Shown: one piece after another, positions 25,277 to 32,000 of the stretch | Layout of the letters: each line of letters begins with the position of its first letter | Numbering within the stretch: position 1 is the stretch's first letter | Source: Candidatus Saccharimonadota bacterium | GTDB lineage: Bacteria; Patescibacteriota; Saccharimonadia; Saccharimonadales; UBA4665 | Reading direction: 5' to 3' | NCBI GenBank assembly: GCA_002952755.1 | Contig: CP025011.1 | Span: forward strand, 930,001 to 962,000 | DNA: 32,000 nt | Made by a program: the position numbers and the translations under genes | Notes under the pieces: model-generated | What the model was told of the DNA's origin: nothing | The model's input: the letters and a program-made list of their open reading frames with translations, nothing else | The model's database searches: none

Positions 25277-25789
25277 TTAAGAGAGAATAAATTCTGTCGG
25301 CGAGATATATTGGTTGCCCAAACTAGTGCGACCAGCTACCAAAGTAAGCCTACCGTCCTTGACCAGAGCATCTTCCGGCCAACTCACACTAGGAGCGGAG
25401 AACTCGGCAAACGGTGAAAGTGACGGAGGCTCGGGACCATTGTGCGGATAGCTGTACAAGTGGCGCCTCAGCTTGGCCGTCCCGCTTTCGACTGGATCTT
25501 GGCCGCGCGGCATAATGCCGAGCTGATCTTGGTTGTGAGTAACAGCGGTAGGATTTATTACCTGTATCGCCAAGGGCAGTATGTCATCGAGTGGACAAAA
25601 CGAGGAAACTGCAAAGCGCGCCATACCGATTACGCCAATCGCAAGCGCCCGGCGCACCCGGCTACGATGCGCCGCGCTCTTAGCATCTTCTTTCGCCCGG
25701 TCTAATCGTCTGGCGATTGCATGGTTGTGTCCGCAATCCGGATGTCCGTGTCGATGCTCATGGTGTTCGCCCGCAAATGTCTCAGCCAT
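25277..25789 (-). CDS. His-rich single-pass membrane protein (hypothetical; anti-sigma-like topology)
   Basis: 170 aa. N-terminus 'EHHEHRHGHPDCGHNH', basic stretch, one hydrophobic helix 'ALAIGVIGMARFAV', ~100-aa C-terminal domain. Longest ORF in a region that is open in several frames. Confidence 0.5.
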   Translation of the reverse strand: MAETFAGEHHEHRHGHPDCGHNHAIARRLDRAKEDAKSAAHRSRVRRALAIGVIGMARFAVSSFCPLDDILPLAIQVINPTAVTHNQDQLGIMPRGQDPVESGTAKLRRHLYSYPHNGPEPPSLSPFAEFSAPSVSWPEDALVKDGRLTLVAGRTSLGNQYISPTEFILS

Positions 25790-25951
25790 ATCTTATGCCA
25801 TCATAGCTCGTATACACGCATCTTGCCAATGTGTCGCAATATATACTACAAGAAATAACCAACTTTGCTACACCAATCTCGTGTTATAGCTTGTGATTCA
25901 GGAGGCGCGTTTAATCTGTGCGTTTTTCACAAGTGATAAGTTAATCGCTTA

Positions 25952-25960
25952 TGCTATAAT
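25952..25960 (+). promoter_or_regulatory. Extended -10 element TGcTATAAT
   Basis: TG 25952-25953, TATAAT 25955-25960, upstream of the lipoprotein gene. Confidence 0.45.
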
Positions 25961-25997
25961 GGCGAACATAAAAAGTACAAATGAGAAAGGTGTAGTC

Positions 25998-26552
25998 ATG
26001 AGCGAACTACAGTCTATTACGAATGGGGCCATGGAATCTTCGGTAGGGGCGAATACGATGGCTGCTCAGCTGCACGGGCAAGACCCTGCCGCAAGGAAGA
26101 ACAGGCGTAGAACTACCCTAAAGGTCATAGCAGGCATAGCAATGGTAGCCGGCGCGGCCAGTTGTAGCACTAAAAGCACAAGCCACAAAAGTCACTCTGA
26201 GCGAGCAGGCGTAGTAAGCGTCCCGGCAACAACTATACATAGGACCCCGGTTCCCGGGTCCCTATCGCCGATAACCGAACCTCAATGCACACTTACCTTT
26301 GACACATCCTACGCTTATGGATATAAACAGGTTTCCGCCCACCCTCTTACACCAAATCCGAAAGATCCGATAACCAAAGCCACATACGATATCTATCCTC
26401 AAGGTTCCGATACCCCTAGAGAGGAGGTTAATCGAACTGTAAAGGACTATACTTACCCCCTGATATACCTTAATCAGGACGGTGACTTAGTTAGGCTCAC
26501 AATAGACTTCCAGAGTGGCGCCGAAGTATCTTGTCAGGATAGCGCGCCCTAA
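25998..26552 (+). CDS. Putative exported lipoprotein
   Basis: GAAAGG SD upstream of ATG 25998. Signal-like 'RKNRRRTTLKVIAGIAMVAGAASC' (Arg-rich n-region, Cys after an Ala/Ser box). An alternative start lies at 26058. Confidence 0.62.
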   Translation: MSELQSITNGAMESSVGANTMAAQLHGQDPAARKNRRRTTLKVIAGIAMVAGAASCSTKSTSHKSHSERAGVVSVPATTIHRTPVPGSLSPITEPQCTLTFDTSYAYGYKQVSAHPLTPNPKDPITKATYDIYPQGSDTPREEVNRTVKDYTYPLIYLNQDGDLVRLTIDFQSGAEVSCQDSAP

Positions 26553-26614
26553 AATGAGCCCGCGGACAGCTAAGATCTTACGCTGGCAACCAAGGACCCT
26601 AAACAACCCACTTT

Positions 26615-26641
26615 GACCCTCTTCGGAGGGTCTTGTATTTT
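26615..26641 (+). terminator. Rho-independent terminator (TTCG tetraloop)
   Basis: GACCCTC (26615-26621) TTCG GAGGGTC (26626-26632) followed by TTGTATTTT. Confidence 0.8.
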
Positions 26642-27039
26642 GATACAATGAGCCCCATAAAGACCGCGCCAAACTTCCAGACAGCTACATCATTCACTAT
26701 TTTGGCAAGCGCCGCACCCCAGGACACACGGACACACTTTGCAGATGAAATCGCAAGCAAATCAATGCATTGCAAACAAAAACGTATATGCTATACGGTA
26801 TACAGCGAAAAAGCATCAAACTTCTCCCGCATTGGTCGCACGCTGCCTGGATACTGTAAATAAGATTACAAACGCCAAGTCTATCGAAGTACCAGGCGCC
26901 CCTTTTGACAGTTCGGTAGTTGCAGTACTTAGGGAAAACAGGTAACTATTCGTCGGTTAGGGATTCATGCATTGGGGTCTAATAATACCGGCCCGACGAA
27001 CCCCCAACCTCCAGTTGAGCTACTAGGCGTTTACTTAAG

Positions 27040-27070
27040 AACGCGAGTAAGTACTAAACTCACTCGCGTT
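27040..27070. terminator. 9-bp hairpin downstream of the MFS gene (weak or bidirectional terminator candidate)
   Basis: AACGCGAGT (27040-27048) / ACTCGCGTT (27062-27070), 13-nt loop. The flanks are only modestly T-rich. Confidence 0.35.
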
Positions 27071-27101
27071 TCTCTAGCAGTTTCTATGCTGGCTATCAGA
27101 C

Positions 27102-28802
27102 CTATGCCATTTCGGCATAGGCTTCGGCACGGAACTTGCTTGGCAGGGCAAAACTCAAACTGCAGGTCAGCGCTAGTAGGCCTACGGCATAGACGATAGC
27201 CCAGCGGAAAGCGACATCGAAGTTTGCCGCGTTAGCCTTCAGCGCAACCGTTTTAAGTTGCTGGCCCAGTTGCTGGTCGGCGACACTGCCAGTTGTCATT
27301 TGTTTACAGCTCTCAGGGGTTACACTGGCATCTTTAGCGCGCGACTGATCAACGAAGCAATTCTTGACCCCATTTATGATGTCAGTCTGAGTAGCGGCAG
27401 GAACGTGCGCAGTTGAAAGCACGTGCTGCAGCTGCGGCTCCACTGTTGCAAAACTGTGGGGGGCGGCGCTACTAATCTGGCCAAAGAAGATAACACCAAC
27501 TACTGCCACACCGATGGCGCCACCAACCTGCTGCATAGCGTTGAGCAGACCGCTCGCCGAGCCGGCGTGTCGGGCGTCTACACCATTGAGTACGGCGGCG
27601 AACAGGGAACTAAAGACCATCCCCATTCCGACGCCCACCAGCAGCAACGGAGCAATCAGCTGCCATGAATGTAAACCATAGACGTAACGGTGGATTACCC
27701 CCAGTACAAGCAACAGGCCAGTGGCCATAACAATGGTGCCGAAAGTAAGTGCATAGCGACCAATCTTGGGGATAAGCTTCTCCCCAGCGATCGCCATAGT
27801 AAGCGCAATGCCGAAAGCTACTGGCAGACCAGTTAACGCAGAGTGTACCGCGCTAAAACCAAGACCAATTTGTAGTAGTAACGTAAAGGTCAGGAAGAAG
27901 CTGATCATAGCCATTTCAAAAATCAAGTTTACGCTTAAGCCTACACCAAACGAACGATTCTTAAAGAGTGAGGGCAGTACTAGAGCCGATTCATCAATCT
28001 GCTCTTTGCGCTTCTGCCACCAGGCAAATACTATAAATACCGGGATGCTGCCAGCCATCATAAGGAACGACCAGGCCGGCCAGCCGTAATCACGGCCCTG
28101 AATAAGCGGATACGTAAGCAAGAAAATGGCGCTAATGATAAGTGCCGTACCCGGGATGTCGAGCTTGAGCGGATGCGGCGATTTACCCTTAGGCAAATAA
28201 CGCGCGCCCATAAAGAGCGCGAACAGACCAATAGGCACGTTGATCAGGAAAATCGGCCGCCAATCCCAGCCAAATATATTCCATTTAATAAGCAAACCAC
28301 CAAGCACTGGACCAAGCGAAGCTGCCAGGCCGCCGAGCGCTCCAAACAGACCGTTTACGCCCCCGCGTTCCTCAGGCTTATACATCACCTGCATCATTGA
28401 TAGCACTTGCGGCACCATCAGTGCAGCCATGGCACCCTGCAACAAGCGGGCACCAATCAGCATACCGGGGTTGGCCGCCAGACCGCTGAGCAGGGAAGCG
28501 GCCGTAAAGCCGCTCACACCCCACAAAAAGACTTTTTTATACCCGTACACATCACCCATGCGCCCGCCGGTTATGAGCAAGGTGGCAAAGGTCAGCGCAT
28601 ACCCGGCAACCACCCATTGAATGGCGGCGTAGCCAGCAGTTAGGTTAGTACGGATAGCCGGTATGGCAACGTTCACAATGGTGTTGTCGAGCAGGTCCAT
28701 AACAAAGGCCAATGCCACGATAACAAGCGCAATCGCACGCTTTTTACTTGTAAACCCGGCGGCATGCTCCTGAGCTGAAATTGATGATTCTGCGGTACTC
28801 AT
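27102..28802 (-). CDS. MFS transporter, DHA2 (EmrB/QacA-like, 14-TM) drug:H+ antiporter family
   Basis: 566 aa, about 14 hydrophobic helices. 'LDNTIVNVAIP', 'GGRMGDVYGYKKVF' (motif A-like). Large hydrophilic loop before the last helix. Confidence 0.88.
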   Translation of the reverse strand: MSTAESSISAQEHAAGFTSKKRAIALVIVALAFVMDLLDNTIVNVAIPAIRTNLTAGYAAIQWVVAGYALTFATLLITGGRMGDVYGYKKVFLWGVSGFTAASLLSGLAANPGMLIGARLLQGAMAALMVPQVLSMMQVMYKPEERGGVNGLFGALGGLAASLGPVLGGLLIKWNIFGWDWRPIFLINVPIGLFALFMGARYLPKGKSPHPLKLDIPGTALIISAIFLLTYPLIQGRDYGWPAWSFLMMAGSIPVFIVFAWWQKRKEQIDESALVLPSLFKNRSFGVGLSVNLIFEMAMISFFLTFTLLLQIGLGFSAVHSALTGLPVAFGIALTMAIAGEKLIPKIGRYALTFGTIVMATGLLLVLGVIHRYVYGLHSWQLIAPLLLVGVGMGMVFSSLFAAVLNGVDARHAGSASGLLNAMQQVGGAIGVAVVGVIFFGQISSAAPHSFATVEPQLQHVLSTAHVPAATQTDIINGVKNCFVDQSRAKDASVTPESCKQMTTGSVADQQLGQQLKTVALKANAANFDVAFRWAIVYAVGLLALTCSLSFALPSKFRAEAYAEMA

Positions 28803-28832
28803 TGGTATATGTACTTCCTTCTTGCGGCTAGT

Positions 28833-30170
28833 TTAAGCCGGCTTAATATTAGTGTTTTGATTAAACAAATTCTCCGGATCGTAGGTCGCCTTGATGTGCT
28901 CAAGCCGATTACGATTGGTCTGATATGCTTCGTCGGTGCTGCGCTCGGAATTATCAGTATGCAAGCCTATGTACGCGCCATGTACGAACGGCCTCACAGG
29001 AGCCCAGAGACTATCAGCAAGGTGGTCCGCTTGCTCATCAGTTCTATCCTGCGGCAGCTTTGCATTCATAACGATCAGTGCCTCGTTGCCGCGATGTTCG
29101 AAGGCGGTCGCATCTGAAGCAATATGCGACATGGCGTCCCCAAGACTGCGGATTTGTAGCATGGGAGCGCCAGGCTTGCCAAAACTATTTGCAAGCGTAT
29201 CTATAAGCTCAGGTGTTATCTTACGGACGAAACCGTTACGGACACGTACTTTAAAGGCGCCGGTGTCCTTGGCTTCTTCCAGCATTTCCGCATATGACAT
29301 ACGCCGGACGTCGTCACGTATAATTGGGGCCAGATCGCGCAAAGGCTGCAAGGCTTTCTGAGCTGCTGCTTCATCTGTGGCCGCGTAACAGACGGCCATA
29401 ATCAGCTGGGATTTTGCATCGGGCCCAAAACCCGGTAAAAGCATTATAATCGAGGTAAGCTTCTCTGGAGCCGACCGCATATATGCCGCCCACTTGGAGA
29501 GGACCGTCTGCCGATCAGCTGCATCGAAAATTAGTTTACCACCTATAACACCGTCGCAAGGTACCGCACGAAATTCGAAAGCAGTCGCTACACCAAAGTT
29601 GCCACCGCCGCCACGCACCGCCCAGAATAGGTCGCTGTTTTGGCCTGCCGTAGCTCGTACTAATTCACCCTTTGCCGTAACAATCTCTACCGCCTCAAGC
29701 GCATCAATAGTCAAGCCATGCTCGCGAACCATCCAGCCAATGCCGCCACCCAGACTCAGACCACCAACACCAACATTCCCGGTGTCGCCAGAACTAATTG
29801 CCCACTTGTGTCCCTCAAGGTTCGTTGCCACCTCGGCCCATGTTGCGCCAGCACCTATCCGCACGAGCCGCTTATCTGCATCAATGACTTCTACCTGATT
29901 GAGCAAGCTAAGATCGATGACAATCCCGTCATCGTTAGTGGAGAGCCCGGCACCACTATGGCCACCGCTACGCACCGATAATGTTAGGTGGTTTCGGCGG
30001 GCAACATCGATGGCCGCCGAAACGTCCTCAGCTGACATGACTTGCACAATAGCGAGGGGCAGGGCAGTGTGATTAAACGGCACTTGCCGCAATTTCTCAT
30101 ATTGGGCATCACCTGACAGCACGACGTTACCGCTTATACGATCTTTGAGAACAGTAATTGCTTGCTCCAT
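28833..30170 (-). CDS. FAD-linked oxidase (PCMH-type FAD-binding domain with a BBE-like C-terminus)
   Basis: 445 aa. 'VRSGGHSGAGLS', 'GGGIGW', 'WAVRGGGGNFGV', C-terminal 'YDPENLFNQNTNIKP'. Confidence 0.88.
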   Translation of the reverse strand: MEQAITVLKDRISGNVVLSGDAQYEKLRQVPFNHTALPLAIVQVMSAEDVSAAIDVARRNHLTLSVRSGGHSGAGLSTNDDGIVIDLSLLNQVEVIDADKRLVRIGAGATWAEVATNLEGHKWAISSGDTGNVGVGGLSLGGGIGWMVREHGLTIDALEAVEIVTAKGELVRATAGQNSDLFWAVRGGGGNFGVATAFEFRAVPCDGVIGGKLIFDAADRQTVLSKWAAYMRSAPEKLTSIIMLLPGFGPDAKSQLIMAVCYAATDEAAAQKALQPLRDLAPIIRDDVRRMSYAEMLEEAKDTGAFKVRVRNGFVRKITPELIDTLANSFGKPGAPMLQIRSLGDAMSHIASDATAFEHRGNEALIVMNAKLPQDRTDEQADHLADSLWAPVRPFVHGAYIGLHTDNSERSTDEAYQTNRNRLEHIKATYDPENLFNQNTNIKPA

Positions 30171-30179
30171 GTTCCTTCC

Positions 30180-30707
30180 TTATTTTATACCCGCATGGAT
30201 AGCATCATCGCCATGCGCTTCCTTAGTGAGCGATCGAAAGCCCAATGACATATCAGTATGTTCCCACAACTTTTTTAATAGGCCGTGTAGCACTTCTCTC
30301 TCTTGGTTCGTTAGCGGTGCCAACATATCTGACTCTAACTGAGCACGAATTTTGTGCGTGCGTTTGGCAATCGACTCACCGTGAGCAGTAAGTTCCAGCT
30401 GATAGCCACGCCGATCAGCAGGATTTGGTATTCGCTGAATAAGGGTGAGTCGCTCCAGGGAGTCAATGACCGATACGAGATTTCGCGGATCGATACCCGT
30501 GAAATCGGCGACCTGCTTCTGTGAGACCGCTCCGTACTGCGCCAGCACACAAAGCGCAGTTATGACGTTCTGACCTTGCCAGCTCAAGCCGAGCTGTTCG
30601 ACTCCCTCGGTGAATCTACGGCGCGATTCCACTCCAAGCATCGCCAGCAAGAAACCATTACTTTTTACCAGTAATTCGTCGATAAGATTGCGCTTGGGCC
30701 GGTCCAT
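30180..30707 (-). CDS. MarR-family transcriptional regulator
   Basis: 175 aa. Winged HTH 'VSQKQVADFTGIDPRNLVSVIDSLERLTLIQRIPNPADRRGYQLELTAHG'. First gene of the marR-oxidase-MFS operon (gaps of 9 and 30 nt). Confidence 0.9.
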   Translation of the reverse strand: MDRPKRNLIDELLVKSNGFLLAMLGVESRRRFTEGVEQLGLSWQGQNVITALCVLAQYGAVSQKQVADFTGIDPRNLVSVIDSLERLTLIQRIPNPADRRGYQLELTAHGESIAKRTHKIRAQLESDMLAPLTNQEREVLHGLLKKLWEHTDMSLGFRSLTKEAHGDDAIHAGIK

Positions 30708-30714
30708 ATTTGGG

Positions 30715-30723
30715 ATAGTAGCA
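30715..30723 (-). promoter_or_regulatory. Extended -10 element TGcTACTAT (minus strand), 7 nt upstream of the marR ATG (leaderless geometry)
   Basis: The reverse complement of 30708-30723 reads TGCTACTATCCCAAAT and is followed by ATG (30707-30705). Confidence 0.4.
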
Positions 30724-30737
30724 TATAGTCATATAGT
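30722..30737. repeat. Tandem direct repeat CATATAGT x2
   Basis: 30722-30729 and 30730-30737 are identical. Lies in the marR/DUF1801 divergent region. Confidence 0.6.
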
Positions 30738-30743
30738 ATGTCC

Positions 30744-30758
30744 ATCATAAAATATGAT
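30744..30758. promoter_or_regulatory. Perfect 6-3-6 palindrome ATCATA-AAA-TATGAT (candidate MarR operator)
   Basis: An inverted repeat between two divergent promoters, as is typical for MarR autoregulation sites. Confidence 0.35.
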
Positions 30759-30823
30759 TCTCGTACGGCACGTAAGACCCCATCGAGTCATGGCGTAATA
30801 CCCGAAATAAAAATCATCTTACT

Positions 30824-30832
30824 TGTTATAAT
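30824..30832 (+). promoter_or_regulatory. Consensus extended -10 TGtTATAAT, 7 nt upstream of the DUF1801 ATG (leaderless geometry)
   Basis: TG 30824-30825, TATAAT 30827-30832, ATG 30840. Confidence 0.5.
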
Positions 30833-30839
30833 TGGTCTG

Positions 30840-31226
30840 ATGAACAAACCACATACCGACCCCCGGGTTGATCGCTTCTTGGGACCATTGCCCGGCTGGC
30901 AAAAAGAGCTATGTGAACAGATACGAAAATTGATCCACGAAGCTGAACCCGATATCGAGGAGACCATCAAGCGGGGGGATCGCCCCTATTTTATCTTGCA
31001 AGGCAATGTCTGCGCTCTTCAGGCTACCAAAGACCATATCAACGTCTTTATTTATGATCCAATCGCGCCCGACCCAGCCAAGATTATCAACCAGGGGCAG
31101 GGAAATGTAACTGCACGGTCGATACAGATCTTCGAAAATCAGCAATTGCCCGAATCGGCTTTTAAGAACCTTATCCGGGCGGTTGCTGACAATAATCGTA
31201 AAGGTGGGTGGCGTACCTTGCGTTAG
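30840..31226 (+). CDS. DUF1801 (YdhG-like) domain protein
   Basis: 128 aa from M35 of the ORF-track entry. 'WQKELCEQIRKLIHEAEPDIEETIKRGDRPYFILQGNVCALQATKDHINVFIYD' is typical of the DUF1801 family. Confidence 0.72.
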   Translation: MNKPHTDPRVDRFLGPLPGWQKELCEQIRKLIHEAEPDIEETIKRGDRPYFILQGNVCALQATKDHINVFIYDPIAPDPAKIINQGQGNVTARSIQIFENQQLPESAFKNLIRAVADNNRKGGWRTLR

Positions 31227-31242
31227 GGGCGCGCGCCTACCT

Positions 31243-32000
31243 TCAGGCTTCGAGCAACTTCTTGGTCTCGATTTTGTAAGACTCTACATTTGGCTGGTCA
31301 AAACTGTTGACATTCAGGAGCTGGCCGAGGTACATCATCTCTAGCATCTTAAACTGCAGGAAGGCACCAATGGTGCGCTCGTCGATTTTGGTAAGCGCCA
31401 CTTCCATAAACGGCAGCTCTGCTTTTTGGTAGGCAATCTTCACGCCACCTAAGATTGCTTCCATAATCGCCTGGGCGCTTTTGCCGTCGATCATTGGGAC
31501 GAGGCCAGGGAAGACGCGCTCGGTGGGCACGCTGATTTCGGCATTCTCGGTTGTATATACAAAAGTGGTGATTTTATCGAGCGGGCCGCCCAAGTACAGC
31601 TGACCCACAGAGTGCAGATCGGTTGAGCCTAGGCTCACGGTTGGCGTGATGCCAGCGTGTACTGTATTGCCGTCGAGCGAATCCGCCTTACCGACGCTCT
31701 CACCCATCAACTGGCGGTACCATTTACCCAGCGACTCAAGCTCGGGATGGAAGAAAAAATTATCGTTAATCGTTTTGCCTTGCTCATTGTAATAAGCGAG
31801 CAACGCTGCTGAAGTAGCGGCCAGATTTGCACCTTCCTCACTCAGTACTTCAGTACGCATCGCCGAAGCACCCTCGCGCAAGGCCACGATATCGATACCA
31901 ATGGTCGCGAGCGGAAATAGACCGACTGCCGAGAGCACTGAATAACGTCCGCCAACTGGCTTGGGCAGGCCTAAGCAAGCAATCTGCTGCTTGTTGGCCT
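31243..32000 (-). CDS. pgi: Glucose-6-phosphate isomerase, 5'-truncated by the window end
   Basis: The reading frame stays open to nt 32000. 'GGRYSVLSAVGLFPLA' spans 31896-31953; 'WYRQLMGESVGK' and 'GSTDLHSVGQLYLGG' are further PGI signatures. Confidence 0.9.
   Translation of the reverse strand, partial: ANKQQIACLGLPKPVGGRYSVLSAVGLFPLATIGIDIVALREGASAMRTEVLSEEGANLAATSAALLAYYNEQGKTINDNFFFHPELESLGKWYRQLMGESVGKADSLDGNTVHAGITPTVSLGSTDLHSVGQLYLGGPLDKITTFVYTTENAEISVPTERVFPGLVPMIDGKSAQAIMEAILGGVKIAYQKAELPFMEVALTKIDERTIGAFLQFKMLEMMYLGQLLNVNSFDQPNVESYKIETKKLLEA

Noticed and set aside
26633-26945. Two overlapping plus-strand ORFs (76 and 68 codons), considered as a frameshifted gene
   Set aside because: Neither has an SD or leaderless -10 register or any recognisable motif, and the first begins at TTG overlapping the putative -10. 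They are reported only as part of the unexplained gap.
27005-27040. Minus-strand 'GCCTAGTAGCTCAACTGGAGG' resembling a tRNA acceptor and D-arm
   Set aside because: The D-stem does not close (GGTT instead of GAGC). No anticodon arm or TPsiC arm follows. At best it is a decayed fragment.
30738-30839. Upstream extensions of ORF-track entries: DUF1801 from 30738, cysS from 4980, hydrolase from 12058, orphan from 22187, paralog A from 18927, lipoprotein from 25893
   Set aside because: The extensions add atypical, non-conserved N-termini and often use GTG/TTG starts. Internal ATGs coincide with family-typical N-termini and with either an SD or a -10 in leaderless register.
1-32000. Search for CRISPR arrays, IS elements with terminal inverted repeats, integrase/transposase/reverse-transcriptase genes, rRNA, and alternative-code signals
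   Set aside because: I saw no regularly spaced direct repeats and no recombinase-like ORF. Long ORFs read through cleanly with the standard code; no in-frame TGA/TAG pattern interrupts the conserved genes.

Overview
32-kb chromosomal window with the standard genetic code and spot-counted GC near 50%. It looks like a small-genome bacterium, but I cannot assign a taxon from sequence alone. I count about 30 protein genes and one tRNA. I saw no rRNA, CRISPR array, transposase or integrase. Left third is housekeeping: recR, a 1081-aa SF2 (DEVH) helicase carrying a C-terminal array of seven HTH-like modules, an nrnA-like DHH phosphoesterase and cysS. A minus-strand envelope block follows (EamA/DMT, AI-2E/PerM, two GT4 glycosyltransferases, an alpha/beta hydrolase). 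A ~540-nt gene-free, strongly self-complementary region precedes a self-contained tRNA-Gln(UUG) unit with its own promoter and terminator. Directly 3' of the tRNA lies an AT-richer ~2.6-kb islet holding an SDR oxidoreductase, a membrane-anchored HEXXH metalloprotease and a promoter/terminator-bounded ~145-nt RNA candidate. Next come rsgA, a 322-nt structured convergent spacer and an orphan gene. An accessory-looking block follows. It contains two paralogous 8-TM proteins whose shared soluble domain sits at opposite termini, a third mini-copy of that domain, a class-V PLP enzyme, a 527-aa orphan, an ECF-type sigma factor, a His-rich single-pass protein and a lipoprotein. The right end holds a marR / BBE-type FAD oxidase / DHA2-MFS operon, a divergent DUF1801 gene and a 5'-truncated pgi. 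Across the window, extended -10 elements (TGnTAnAnT) recur, and at six genes a -10 hexamer (five of them TGn-extended) lies only 6-8 nt from the ATG, which suggests leaderless mRNAs. All functional calls rest on motifs read by eye; no database search was possible.
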